From Tubiluchus corallicola (Eukaryota; Animalia; Priapulida): a DNA stretch of 32,423 nt. Below the pieces are notes generated by a model, which saw only the letters and a list, made by a program, of their open reading frames with translations, made no database searches and was not told the origin of the DNA. Positions 1 to 13,074 of the stretch are shown one piece after another. The position numbers were made by a program, and so were the translations under genes. The stretch's first letter is position 1, and every line of letters begins with the position of its first letter. The DNA is taken from contig JAQGDQ010001618.1 of NCBI GenBank assembly GCA_030141605.1, positions 1-32,423 on the forward strand. Reading direction: 5' to 3'.

Positions 1-54
1 TGTATTACTGCATAAGTGATATTATATGTATAAAAAAGGTGATAATGATAATCA

Positions 55-128
55 TAGTAGGAATAGTAATAGTATAGTAATAGTAATAGTAATAGTAATA
101 GTAATAGTAATAGTAATAGTAATAGTAA

Positions 129-190
<62 letters not shown>

Positions 191-218
191 ATGGTGGTAG
201 TAATAGTAGTATTAGTAT

Positions 219-289
<71 letters not shown>

Positions 290-433
290 ATAGTAATAGT
301 AATAGTAATAGTAATAGTAATAGTAATAGTAATAGTAATAGTAATAGTAATAGTAGTGAACGTGATAGAGACAATAATATAGTATATATTATTAGTAATA
401 ACTGATGATGGTGATGGTGATGATGATGCTGCT

Positions 434-498
<65 letters not shown>
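55..498. repeat. Compound microsatellite (TAATAG)n/(TAG)n followed by (GAT)n/(GCT)n
   Basis: Directly visible tri- and hexanucleotide runs; these explain the poly-V/I ORF 26..382. Confidence 0.95.
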
Positions 499-739
499 CA
501 GTAATAACAGTAGTAACGATATGTACTTCCATTGTCGAAAACAAAGTGAAATAGTTTTTATTTGTTTATGTAAATATGGAAGAGATTAGACTGGATCCTA
601 AATTTTGCCCAAAATTCGAAAAACTTGAACTTTGTCTCCGACTAAAAGATATGTACGAATGAACTGTTTTCTGTTATTCTTACATGTTTTAGCTGTTATC
701 TATAGTGCTGTCCTGACGGTAAAAGTGTGAATTAGACGG

Positions 740-919
740 ATGGGTGAAACGCCATGCGGTGAAAGCGTGTTTGATGGAATTTGTCATCTTGCAGGATTTT
801 GCAGGTGGGATAACGAAGCAGGTTCAAAACTGACTTTCGTCGACAATATCGGAAGTGACTTGAATTTGTTTTCCTCCGCGATTCCAGCTTCGTTAAGAAA
901 AAGAAATGCTAAATATTGA
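740..919 (+). other. Short open frame (59 aa), possible terminal exon or decayed coding fragment
   Basis: ATG at 740 to TGA at 917-919: MGETPCGESVFDGICHLAGFCRWDNEAGSKLTFVDNIGSDLNLFSSAIPASLRKRNAKY. It is locally GC-richer than its flanks; no family recognised. Confidence 0.2.
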
Positions 920-1200
920 GATAATATATATATATACGACTAGTCTTTATTTTAGATACGTCATGCAAACACAAACATATAATGACAATAAAATATGGCA
1001 GACTAGACGTATTTAGACATTAGTAATTTACTAACAACCTCAAAATTGTATATTTGTTTCGTTACACCTAAAACACAATCAAATTGCAAAAAAACAAGAT
1101 ATCAAAACACTACAGTCTACATAATAGCCTAGATTATTTTTCACTGAAGAAAAATTTGAAAGCTGGATTTTCTAATTTCCGTAATGCAACGAATGTTTAT

Positions 1201-1247
1201 TTAGCGGTGCACTTTCCGTTGACACAGTACTTCCAGCTCTTTCAATC
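1201..1247 (-). CDS. TTLL4: TTLL4-like last coding exon
   Basis: Acceptor tttttag|; phase 1 gives (G)LKELEVLCQRKVHR*, resembling the TTLL4 'G..LL...C....H' tail. AATAAA overlaps the stop (1196-1201). Confidence 0.8.
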
Positions 1248-1258
1248 CTAAAAAATAT

Positions 1259-1632
<374 letters not shown>

Positions 1633-2223
1633 ACATCTAAGATTACATTTAGGCAGATCTATGAGTGTTAATAGTGTAAAAATAATGCGTCAATTCATGG
1701 TTAGTAAACAGCGTAATTACTTTAAAATTTGTCACAAGTTTTCTAAAAGTTAAACAGTTCTGCGTTCTTAAGAAATTTCAATTCGGTATTCTAGAGACAC
1801 ACATAACTCCAATCTGAATCAAAACTAGTTATGTTATGATACTGAAGGAGAGGCATAAGTGAGATGCATTTCTTGCTCACTTCTAAATGAGATTCTGTTT
1901 TTCGGACAACAAAGTTTAGCACAAGGACGAACAACAGTTGATAAACATCACAACAAACATGTGGGCAACAGTAAATATTGTAGCGGCTCGAGGGATTAAA
2001 CCGTTTTGGAATGTAAGTCTGAACCGCAGGCTTCACGAGATTGTTGTATCAAATGTGACCTTGACTTGACCAATCGTTTAGTTTAGATTCGCTATCTTTT
2101 CCTCGAGCAAGATTCATAGCAGGGTGGAAATTAGTTGTTTTGGGCATTCTGTGGTCCTTTAGACTGGTTTGATGAAATTCATTGCACTTATTATTTGGAT
2201 TATTGTCCGTTTTTGCCGCAAAA

Positions 2224-2958
2224 TTGTCTAGCTTTAATTCTAGCTAAATCACCAGCTTCATCGCTTGTCTAGCTTTTATTCTAGCTAAACCTCCAGCTTC
2301 ATCGCTAGTCTAGCTTTTATTCTAGCTAAATCACCGGCTTCATCGCTTGTCTAGCTTTTATTCTAGCTAAATCACCATCTTCATCGCTTGTCTAGCTTTT
2401 ATTCTAGCTAAATCACCAGCTTCATCGCTTGTCTAGCTTTTATTCTAGCTAAATCACCAGCTTCATCGCTTGTCTAGCTTTTATTCTAGCTAAATCACCA
2501 GCTTCATCGCTTGTCTAGCTTTTATTCTAGCTAAATCACCAGCTTCATCGCTTGTCTAGCTTTTATTCTAGCTAAATCACCAGCTTCATCGCTTGTCTAG
2601 CTTTTATTCTAGCTAAATCACCAGCTTCATCGCTTGTCTAGCTTTTATTCTAGCTAAATCACCAGCTTCATCGCTTGTCTAGCTTTTATTCTAGCTAAAT
2701 CACCAGCTTCATCGCTTGTCTAGCTTTTATTCTAGCTAAATCACCAGCTTCATCGCTTGTCTAGCTTTTATTCTAGCTAAATCACCAGCTTCATCGCTTG
2801 TCTAGCTTTTATTCTAGCTAAATCACCGACTTCATCGCTTGTCTAGCTTTTATTCTAGCTAAATCACCAGCTTCATCGCTTGTCTAGCTTTTATTCTAGC
2901 TAAATCACCAGCTTCATCGCTTGTCTAACTTTTATTCTAGCTAGACCTCCAGCTTCAT
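2224..2958. repeat. 41-bp minisatellite, about 18 near-identical copies
   Basis: Unit ttgtctagcttttattctagctaaatcaccagcttcatcgc; period checked at 2420 and 2461. Confidence 0.95.
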
Positions 2959-3747
2959 TACTTCGGAGCACAGTGGAAATTTCTAGGTTACGTTCAGACA
3001 GTTCGTAGTTGAAACGTTCTTCTTTGGGTTAACAATGAGAACAACTGATTAAGCGAAAAATGAATCTGCGTTACAATGATTAGTTCCACTACTGTGTACA
3101 ATAGCATACGAGTACTGAACTAGTTTACTGATCCAACGAGCTAATTGACCCTCGGGTCACTTAATTGAGCGAAGCCATCTTAGTACTGCGTGATCCGTGC
3201 GTATTGTAAACCGCTTACCGTATAAATGATGATAATACCATAGACGGCGTCTATGACGTAGCTCCTATGCGCAGAGACCTACTGCGCATTAAGAGGTTAA
3301 GCAAAGGGAGTTGCACCCAGCAGCTCGGATCAGATGATGAGAGCTGGAGGCTGATGGCTAGATTATATTTATATCATTTAGCTCATATATTTTATTCAAT
3401 AAACATGCAATTTTATAAGTATAGCCTTCGTTAGTTTGGCATGCCCTCTCGGCTATTTACACATCCCTACCCATACAACTCACGAGCCACACACCGACAG
3501 CAGCAATAAACAGCAGCTATGAACTCACTATTTTTACTCCTAAACGATTTTAAAAAATATTTGTTTTTCATTTGTTTATAGAACAGAAATTTAAATGAAA
3601 TTGTGTGCTAGATTCAAGAGACTTAGAAGCATATTTCCAACGAGGACGCAGATTTTTTACCTGATTATATTAAATTTTTGCAGAAAATTCTCTAGCAATC
3701 CATATTTTGCACATCATCACAATACAGGTATTATGCACAAGCATTAC

Positions 3748-3958
3748 CTTTCTCTGGATCATTATGGTACCTCCTCGTCCAAGCATCTAGTAACAAGTTA
3801 CTATAACGTCTTTTCTCAAAATATTTAAAATATTTGTGGGATGTTGGACTAGGAAAGATTCTCTGGAAGCTTCCACGTCGATGATACTCGTCTTCTGCTT
3901 CTACTAGTTCACGTACATCAGCTGGTGTTAAATCATCAAGAATATGAGCTAAAATTTC
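3748..3958 (-). CDS. TTLL4: TTLL4-like exon (211 nt)
   Basis: ttttctag|EILAHILDDLTPADVRELVEAEDEYHRRGSFQRIFPSPTSHKYFKYFEKRRYSNLLLDAWTRRYHNDPEK|gtaatg; typical TTLL4 C-terminal block. Confidence 0.92.
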
Positions 3959-4626
3959 CTAGAAAAAAACATAAATTTTCACGGTTAATCTATTATTATC
4001 AGCATCATAAAATAGAAAGGTATGCATTTATAATTGCACAAAAACGATTTGAATTAAGTTTCAATTAGGATAATTTTCTATTGCCGTTGTCATTTGCAGG
4101 AAAATTAAAAATTTCCCTATCACACTTTTCTATACGTAGTAAATCTTACGTGTTCGTAATCTACAAATAATGAAGCTGAACGATTATAAATTATGCCAAC
4201 GACACTGTGAATATTCTAGTATTTGAATTTAGCGATTGTACAATACAATGTAGAATTGCTATTTAATATTATTCCAAATTTAATCTGACGTTTATTAATA
4301 CTATTATCATTCGTTATTTTTAGGATGGAAAATCCCGGAAGAACTTTGCAAAAGAAACTGCATCTCTAAATGAAAGTTTTGTATCATGCGGAAATTAAGA
4401 AAATCTGGATTTCAAATTTTTCACCAATGAAACAGCAATGTGTAGTGAAGCAGTTTATGTTGACCATTTAGTAGGGCATTAGAACTGTTATAATCAATCA
4501 TCACTACTGTTCTGCCGTCTTTGTTGTTACAATCATCATTAACGTTATCATCATCAATATTATTCATAACTAAGTGTTTTTGGAGCATTAAAATAGTACA
4601 TGATAATATTACGAAAATTTCCTACC

Positions 4627-4674
4627 GTTGCTGTTGCTGTTGGTGTTGGTGTTGCTGTTGCTGTTGTTGTTGTT

Positions 4675-4757
<83 letters not shown>
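4627..4757. repeat. (GTT)n/(GTC)n microsatellite
   Basis: Directly visible. Confidence 0.95.
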
Positions 4758-5112
4758 CATTAAAGCCCTCTTTTTATTGCAAACTAATTTTATAATTCTT
4801 AAAGCAAAATCGGACCCAATCTCAAACTGTAAGTCAAAACAATCTACTCATTAAAATATTGAAAGGAAACATACTATTTTTTCAAAAATGACTTACGTGA
4901 AAGAATTATTACCACACAAACACAATTTCACGTTCGCGGCACTAGTTCTTCGCTGTTACATGCATTTCGTCATTCGCTAGTTAGACGGCCTGCGTTTCAG
5001 AAAGTGTTGTACAACAGGTGCTGTACCTCTCAGTTCAGATGTATTAGTTTGCGACGAACTACACATGTACGACAGTTCGCGTGTGAGCACAGCGGTAAAT
5101 CTGATTTCCTAC

Positions 5113-5230
5113 CGTTTCTGTTGCTTCAGTTGTAAAATGTTCACGTTTTGTTTTCTCATGTAGCATCAAGTCTGATTCATCTGGGAATTGAACTAAGTGA
5201 GGACCAACTAAGTGTTCTGAATTTGTAACG
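5113..5230 (-). CDS. TTLL4: TTLL4-like exon (118 nt)
   Basis: ttttcag|VTNSEHLVGPHLVQFPDESDLMLHEKTKREHFTTEATET|gtagga; phases 2/0 fit both neighbouring exons. Confidence 0.8.
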
Positions 5231-5603
5231 CTGAAAATATGTAGAAGATGTATGGAAGCAAAAACCGAAATTAATTATAATTATAATATGTATGTAACAG
5301 GTAAGTACCACTGCTTAGCACTAATCATAATAGAAACTGTATGCAGTTTTACCATCATTTTAGTTAAAAATATTGGCTCGGAAAACAGCATATAAATGTA
5401 CTCTTCAATAATTTTATCAAAAGGTAATTTAATTAATTAATTAAATTAATTAAATTAATTAAAATGTTACAAATGCTAAAATGGGTAAGGTTAAAATGTG
5501 TAAACGGTGCAAATAAGTAAAAAAGAAAACGAGAAAGAAAGAAAAATAAAAGAAAAAAAGAAGAAAAAACAAACAAAAGAAACCCATCGAACTTTGAGGC
5601 TAC

Positions 5604-5732
5604 CTTTCATTCGTGTCAGAAAATGATAATGACGACGATAGCAATGGCGAAAGAACTGACTTTCTTGGAATGCGAAATCCAGCCAAATTAAGGTAATCTT
5701 GTACCATCACCAGAACGTTGTCATCTACTAAC
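5604..5732 (-). CDS. TTLL4: TTLL4-like exon (129 nt)
   Basis: tctttcag|LVDDNVLVMVQDYLNLAGFRIPRKSVLSPLLSSSLSFSDTNE|gtagcc; contains the D.LNLAGF..P motif. Confidence 0.87.
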
Positions 5733-7654
5733 CTGAAAGAATGATGTTCAGAACAAGTTTGTATTTTAGTCGCACATTTACGTTCAGTAGTTACTCAAGT
5801 ATATATACGTATATCCCCATAATGAGATTTTTCTTTGTGTAGCTTGCAGAAATAAAAAATATAAAAAAATCAATACAAAAAACAACGAGTATCCTATGTA
5901 ATGTTACATAAAAGCATGGTTATAAGATTAGAGTTACAAATAAGATACATGGTAACTAACGACTATTTATAGTCTGTCGACGAATTCAAATCAAAATTAA
6001 AAATACATACAATAAATCGTTTTGAAAACCCAATATACGTAAATGATAATATATATTCATCCACAAATTTTATTTACCCACGTCCATTTTAAATTATATG
6101 TATATATTGTATATAGTCTATTATAATTTCCGTGTAATATTATAATGTATATTTCGTTTTAAATTTTTGGCACAGTAATTTTTAGTTTGCACTGGACGCA
6201 TTTGCCTTCAATAGTTGTGAGAATTTTATTCTCATGCTGCGATGTTCTTTTATGCTTTTATAGTTATGAATATCGATTTTTTATGGCAAATAAAGATTAT
6301 ATATATATATATATATACGTAGTTCCCTGAATTTGTTTTTATAACTATTCCTGGGGTGAATTAAATTGATTTTGTAAAATGACAGAAACTTTTCAACAGA
6401 GGTTAATACCACTGAATGCTTTATTGTAACAAAATCAGCATTTAAATGTTCCAAATGTCCCATAAAGTGGCTTAACCTGACTGTTCAGAGCACAGGCGAG
6501 TAAACAGCTGGCCAAAACTAGAAGCTTTACATTACCGCCACAGATGGCGCCGCGTAAAGTGGCCCATATATGTCCCATATAAATACATATATTTATGTAA
6601 TGCACGAAACAAACGCGAAAAAGCTGGCAGACATTGAACAGCAAAAAGATTCGCTCATAAAGTGTTTACAACTAAATCTGAACTATGGTTACGAAGATTA
6701 TGAAACTAGTGCGTTAAGATAGAGCCTACGTGGAAGAGAGGAGTTAGTTATTCAAAAAAAATCTGATAAAAAGGTTGAGAGGAAATATGGCTAGGAGTAC
6801 GTACACGAAGAGCGCGTGTACGTAAGCGCTACAGAAATTGTAGAAATTTGGATTGCTGTTGAAAACCCAGCTTGAGTGGAATCATAAATTAAACTTAAAT
6901 TTCAGTCAATAGCAAACTATAATTGACACTTCTTAACAAAGACACTAATATTCATGGTACGTAAGTCTAAAACACGGGTACCACATATACTACATATGCA
7001 GCAAAAATTCAATATAAGAGTAGTAACCGTGGTAGACAAACCTTTTGAGGATGGCGCGCTGAAAATACTTTGACCTAGGGTGTCAAACTATCTAGGACAG
7101 GTCATGACCTGGTGACAGTGTAGCAGTCGTGATAGATGTGAGGATTTTTCCGGAATTTCAAGCACCAGGTGGCAGTAGTATAAGGCAGGTAAAAGGTGTG
7201 AGCGTAGCACCTAGCACGTGGCAAAGCTTAATGTGTGAATTGAGGCGCTAATTTTTGTTATTGTGTTTTGCCAAATATTTGTATTTTTTTCTTGTCTTCG
7301 TGCTACATGTATTTCATCTTTGAGCCAACTATATGCTGCTATGATGTAAGTAATTAAGAAAATTACACCACTCCTTTTTTGAACTTCCAAATTTGCATTT
7401 ACACGTCAGAAAACGTGCTATAATACTTTAGGTTACATTTTTACTATTTAATCAGCTATGTATTTTGCATTTGAGTATTTTTTGCCACACTTTGCTCTGT
7501 TTCGACTTATTAGGCTCAAACTTTACGTATGCTTTACTTAATTTGCAGATTAAACGATAATACTACAAAAAGTAGTTACAATAGAAGAAAAAAAGTTTTG
7601 CAAAAAAAATGATTTCAAGTTGACGTTCAACAAACAAGTCCAAATTATTCTTAC

Positions 7655-7789
7655 CCAGGATAGGCGTTAACCTCCAGAAGCCACAATTTCAGATTTTCGT
7701 CCATCATGATGTCATATCCAAGCAGCCCGTGGCAACAATAAGAAGCTTTGGCATTTGAGGCCATCATATTATACAGTACTCCTTCACTA
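7655..7789 (-). CDS. TTLL4: TTLL4-like catalytic exon (135 nt)
   Basis: SEGVLYNMMASNAKASYCCHGLLGYDIMMDENLKLWLLEVNAYPG|gtaag; ATP-grasp G(F/Y)D...LEVN motif; TAGTAG (NAGNAG) acceptor. Confidence 0.93.
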
Positions 7790-8360
7790 CTAGAATTAAT
7801 AAAAGAAATTTATCTGACAAAAATTATTTTTATTGTTTATTGTTTATTTATTTCACATCAACACAAATACACAATTAATGCATCAGAAGAAACAAAAACT
7901 TATCAATAAATCAATGAATAACAAACAGTAAGATACCCAATAGGAAGCAAATTTTGGAGAAAATAATTCAAACTGTCTTTAGACGTAGGTCAACCTATGG
8001 TAAACAAAGATAGTGATATCGCTACTTCCTTTAATACTGGTGTCTAAACAAGCATGTACAGCATCATTACAAATATACTAACTTGACTCTCAAAACACTT
8101 TAATATTGTAGTTATATTTAAAGATCGGATGTTGAACAGCCTCTTTTCTTAACTGCAACTTTCTCATGGAGAGACAACTGTGAAAAATTAAGCTGTTGTG
8201 GTTCACTTACAGTCACAGAGCTTATGTTTTAGGATGCAAGGCCCAGTAAGTGGTATCGTTTTCATGATTTAATTCCTTAAGGTTTCAAGAAGTACTATTT
8301 ATTGAATGCAATTAATTGTCTAATTAAACAGTTAGAACAAAGCAATTACATGTATGTATG

Positions 8361-8958
8361 CAGTGGCGGCTCGTGTACAGGTACTGTGGTACTGCAGCAC
8401 CCCCTGTTTCCGATATCCAAATATATCGATAAGCTTAAATATAATAATTCTTTTTCATTAGTTCTTTTTTATACTTGTACGCAACCGGACCATGTGAGGG
8501 AAGTACAATCTGCTTCACAGCTCAAACAACGTGGTGTTTGGCTGTTGTGCGCATGCGGCCATGCGCACACGTCTGAGATAAGACTCTGTATGCTAGCATC
8601 TGCTGCTAGGTAGAAAAGTACTGTGTGTATCACATTAACAATTGCCACGTGCTTTCCATGTACAATCATATTCGTGGATGTGATAATGTGTAAACTTAGC
8701 GTCTGTGCTTAAAACTTAAATTATTTAATAATGGACGCCTTGCATCCCCAATAGTGAACTACAACAGCTTAATTTTTCACAGTTGTCTCTCCATGAGAAA
8801 GTTACAGTTAAAAAAGAGGCCGTTCAACATCCGATCTTCAAATATAGCTGCAATATTAAAATTACATATGTTTGTTACGTTTTACATAGTATCAAAAACA
8901 ATACCTAAAAATTTTCAGAAGCAGCAACTCCACTAATTTTAGCTAAGAGCCGCCACTG
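8361..8958 (+). mobile_element. hAT-type MITE, copy 1
   Basis: Termini CAGTGGCGGCTC...GAGCCGCCACTG; 8-bp flanks tatgtatg/tgtgtatg (7/8 match, TSD); homologous to 18224-18997 and 24250-24707. Confidence 0.85.
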
Positions 8959-9122
8959 TGTGTATGATGTTTACACAAAGTAGCAAGGAACAAATTTCCA
9001 GGAAGATACAAAGTTACAAAAAATGTGGCAAACTACTGCAAGAACAATATTGCCGCTACCATTGAAGAAAAACAAAACACTTTCTACATAGAACAGGGAC
9101 TCTTCCACGTTTAACTATATAC

Positions 9123-9217
9123 CTTATCAGATGTTTAATAATTATATCCTGTATATCCTGCCAGATGACCTTGAAATCAATCCCTTCTCAAAATATGATC
9201 GAAATCTTGGCAGGAAC
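9123..9217 (-). CDS. TTLL4: TTLL4-like exon (95 nt, frameshifted)
   Basis: tttatag|(W)FLPRFRSYFEK / GIDFKVIWQDIQDIIIKHLI(S)|gtatat. Both neighbours need phase 2, but 95 is not a multiple of 3; the shift is at about 9182-9188. Confidence 0.85.
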
Positions 9218-10626
9218 CTATAAAAAGTTAGTCGGTTTATTTTTGAAAAAAAAACCCATTGGTATTATTACGAATTATTCAGTAATGCTAAAAAAGATAT
9301 TCTTGACTGGGGACTCTAGGTCCTGTAGAACACATTAACTGTTTCCAATAACATAAACGTGTCAGTAAATATGAAATTGTAGCAAACTGGTGAAGATAGA
9401 CTCTTTCAGAACTGCACCATTCAAAATAGGTCTTATAAGACCTATAAGTTTTCTGCTACTGTATGAGCACAGACATAATTAAATGATTACAAATTAGGTA
9501 CTGTTCTATTCAGGAAAATATCGGCTATCCAGTGATGCTATTTGTTTAAACATTTATAAGTGATTTAATTGGATAAAATTAAGTAAAACACGCCCTTTTC
9601 AGTCACTCAAACTTAGCTTATTGAGTAGCTTAGTCTGGTGTACAGTTGCGTGATCGTACACACTATTTTAATGATCGCCTGCTTGCTACAGCCCAAGAGA
9701 ACTGTTTGATGTACAGAGTGCCAGGGAAAGCTAAGCGATCAGCCAAATAGATATTAAGGTCGCTTCATTTTTTTACAGGAATTTCTCCATAAAATCGGAC
9801 CCCAGGGCAAACTGTATCAGAGTGTTGTGTCTGGAAAGGTAAAATGTTCTGCATTAGCCGATTTCACACAAGTGATGCTGTATATTATCACAGTGCAAAT
9901 AGTCCAGTGTTGCGGTTACTGAAAGCTTTTTTCAATTTTTTTGTCAAAAATCGATTTTTAATTTGTCTAAGGTAAACTTATGCATTTCATGTATAATTTT
10001 GTATAAATATCAAGTGTGTGAGGAGCAGAAACCTAGAAAAGTTATCAAATATAACGTAATCACTGTGTAGTGACAGCAGTTTTTCATGAACCCGTGCAAA
10101 ATGCAGCAAACGCTTATGGTCCTGAAGGCCAAATACGAGCACAATAAAGAAATTTCAGTTTTACACAAAATCAGAAATAAAATGCTCTAATGAGATTTTT
10201 TGATACTTTTAATTCTTGGCGGTATATATAAGAGGAAACTGGATATGAAGGTATCATCCGAAAAAAGCACGAGACTTAATTTTCGCATTTTGCTCGTTAG
10301 ATGACGCCAGTAAAATCGAGTCCTTAGTTACGGCAACATGGCAACATGCGTGTTTGGTTGACACGTGTTTCGCTGTGCAGCATTATTTACAAATTCGTCG
10401 TCACGAAAACGACGTTTATTTAACCGCGAGCAAAGGGAACAAGATGTTTAAGGGAAACATGCAATTACGAGGAATGATTTCGTTAAGAAGGAAACAGTAA
10501 AACTTAATAAAATTAGGGTAAAACTTTAAGTTACAATCAGCGTTTTAAATAAAGAAAAGTTTGACCTTTAATAGATCAGCAAAGAACATAGATGCAGATA
10601 TAGCATATTGATGTAGCAAAACTCAC

Positions 10627-10743
10627 CACAAGACATTTCCTGCTGCAAAACGTTGAGAATAGTAAGGGCTCTTTATACTCACATCAAGATTTGTTATGTG
10701 TATAAATATGTCGTCTATGTCATTGGAATTTGCAAATGCGTAT
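10627..10743 (-). CDS. TTLL4: TTLL4-like exon (117 nt)
   Basis: ttcatag|(K)YAFANSNDIDDIFIHITNLDVSIKSPYYSQRFAAGNVL(W)|gtgagt; corresponds to the HLTN motif exon. Confidence 0.88.
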
Positions 10744-10876
10744 CTATGAATATAACAAAAGAAGGTGTTAGATAATGGCAGCCAAGTTTTCCCTCCTAGC
10801 CATTTATATGATCAATTTTTATATTATTAATGTCCTTTAAATTACCCATTGTTAATACCCTGATACTAATATGTAT

Positions 10877-11084
<208 letters not shown>

Positions 11085-11354
11085 TCAGTATGATTTTCTT
11101 GCAAAACATGAATTTACATTCGACTATTCAAAATTTGAGCTGACATGTGATCCTGTGTTTGCATGTCAGAACTGTTATTTTCACAGGTTGGCGTACTGTA
11201 GTAACTGAGTTACTGCAAATTGCAAAAACGAGGGGCAAGAACCTGCTTCTACAACAAATTCTTAGTATTTTCCAAATTACCTAGCAGGAAGACAGGATGA
11301 TTTTTCATATACGACCTCATTTTCAAGTCCGATAAAAGTATACATTTTAACACA

Positions 11355-12851
11355 ATTATAAATGTTTCTTTACACTGTTGTGAAATAAACTGCAATGGTT
11401 TGTGAACATGCTGCCATTCATAGTTATAATCTAATTAAAGATTATAAATGTTTCTTTACACTGTTGTGAAATAAACTGCAATGGTTTGTGAACATGCTGG
11501 CCTTCATGGTCATAATCTAATTAAAGATTATAAATGTTTCTTTAAACTGTTGTGAAATAAACTGCAATGGTTTGTGAACATGCTGCCATTCATAGTCATA
11601 ATCTAATTAAAGATTATAAATGTTTCTTTACACTGTTGTGAAATAAACTGCAATGGTTTGTGAACATGCTGCCATTCATAGTCATAATCTAATTAAAGAT
11701 TATAAATGTTTCTTTACACTGTTGTGAAATAAACTGCAATGGTTTGTGGACATGCTGGCGTTTATAGTCATAATCTAATTAAAGATTATAAATGTTTCTT
11801 TAAACTGTTGTGAAATAAACTGCAATGGTTTGTGAACATGCTGCCATTCATAGTCATAATCTAATTAAAGATTATAAATGTTTCTTTACACTGTTGTGAA
11901 ATAAACTGCAATGGTTTGTGAACATGCTGCCATTCATAGTCATAATCTAATTAAAGATTATAAATGTTTCTTTACACTGTTGTGAAATAAACTGCAATGG
12001 TTTGTGGACATGCTGGCGTTTATAGTCATAATCTAATTAAAGATTATAAATGTTTCTTTACACTGTTGTGAAATAAACTGCAATGGTTTGTGAACATGCT
12101 GGCCTTCATGGTCATAATCTAATTAAATATTATAAATGTTTCTTTACACTGTTGTGAAATAAACTGCAATGGTTTGTGAACATGCTGGCGTTTATTGTCA
12201 TAATCTAATTAAAGATTATAAATGTTTCTTTACACTGTTGTGAAATAAACTGCAATGGTTTGTGAACATGCTGCCATTCATAGTCATAATCTAATTAAAG
12301 ATTATAAATGTTTCTTTACACTGTTGTGAAATAAACTGCAATGGTTTGTGAACATGCTGCCATTCATAGTCATAATCTAATTAAAGATTGTAAATGTTTC
12401 TTTACACTGTTGTGAAATAAACTGCAATGGTTTGTGAACATGCTGCCATTCATAGTCATAATCTAATTAAAGATTATAAATGTTTCTTTACACTGTTGTG
12501 AAATAAACTGCAATGGTTTGTGAACATGCTGGCGTTTATAGTCATAATCTAATTAAAGATTATAAATGTTTCTTTACACTGTTGTGAAATAAACTGCAAT
12601 GGTTTGTGAACATGCTGGCGTTCATAGTCATAATCTAATTAAAGATTATAAATGTTTCTTTAAACTGTTGTGAAATAAACTGCAATGGTTTGTGAACATG
12701 CTGGCGTTTATAGTCATAATCTAATTAAAGACTATAAATGTTTCTTTAAACTGTTGTGAAATAAACTACAATGGTTTGTGAACATGCTGGCGTTCATGAT
12801 CACAATCTGATTAAAGATTATAAATGTTTCTTTACACTGTTGTGAAATAAA
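11355..12851. repeat. 86-bp AT-rich tandem array A, about 17 copies
   Basis: Unit attataaatgtttctttacactgttgtgaaataaactgcaatggtttgtgaacatgctgccattcatagtcataatctaattaaag; 11441 to 11871 equals 5x86. Confidence 0.95.
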
Positions 12852-12942
12852 TAAGATTGTAAAATAATGTTTCTTTTGTTATCGGCAGCTGATAATGAGG
12901 ATCAAATTAACTAATTCCACTTCATAGTTTTTATGGTTTTAC

Positions 12943-13074
12943 TTTTTGGTGGCAAATCTTGCTAGTCCTCCAATTTGATCAATGTAGATCCTCAAGGGTT
13001 CAAGAGATGCAACATAAACATGAATTCTTAGGTCAAACTTGTAACCATCGATAAGGTACGGATTCGAGATGTAC
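12943..13074 (-). CDS. TTLL4: TTLL4-like exon (132 nt)
   Basis: gttttag|(R)[43 protein letters not shown]|gtaaaa; KFDLR and GL.RFA motifs. Confidence 0.94.

Noticed and set aside
1143-1170. CTGAAGA...GAAA hammerhead-like core
   Set aside because: Only 7 A/T nucleotides lie between the boxes, so there is no credible stem II, and no stem I.
3600-3660. Alternative terminal exon for the TTLL4-like gene (GKKSASSLEICF*)
   Set aside because: No similarity to TTLL4; the exon at 1201-1247 fits both motif and phase and has a poly(A) signal.
7050-7107. Possible decayed hAT-MITE terminus (also cagggtcggg... at 29659)
   Set aside because: Only one degenerate end in each case; no partner TIR or TSD found.
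9754-10571. Possible Kolobok-like element bounded by TTAA-GG...CCT-TTAA
   Set aside because: The terminal inverted match is only a few bases; not supportable by eye.
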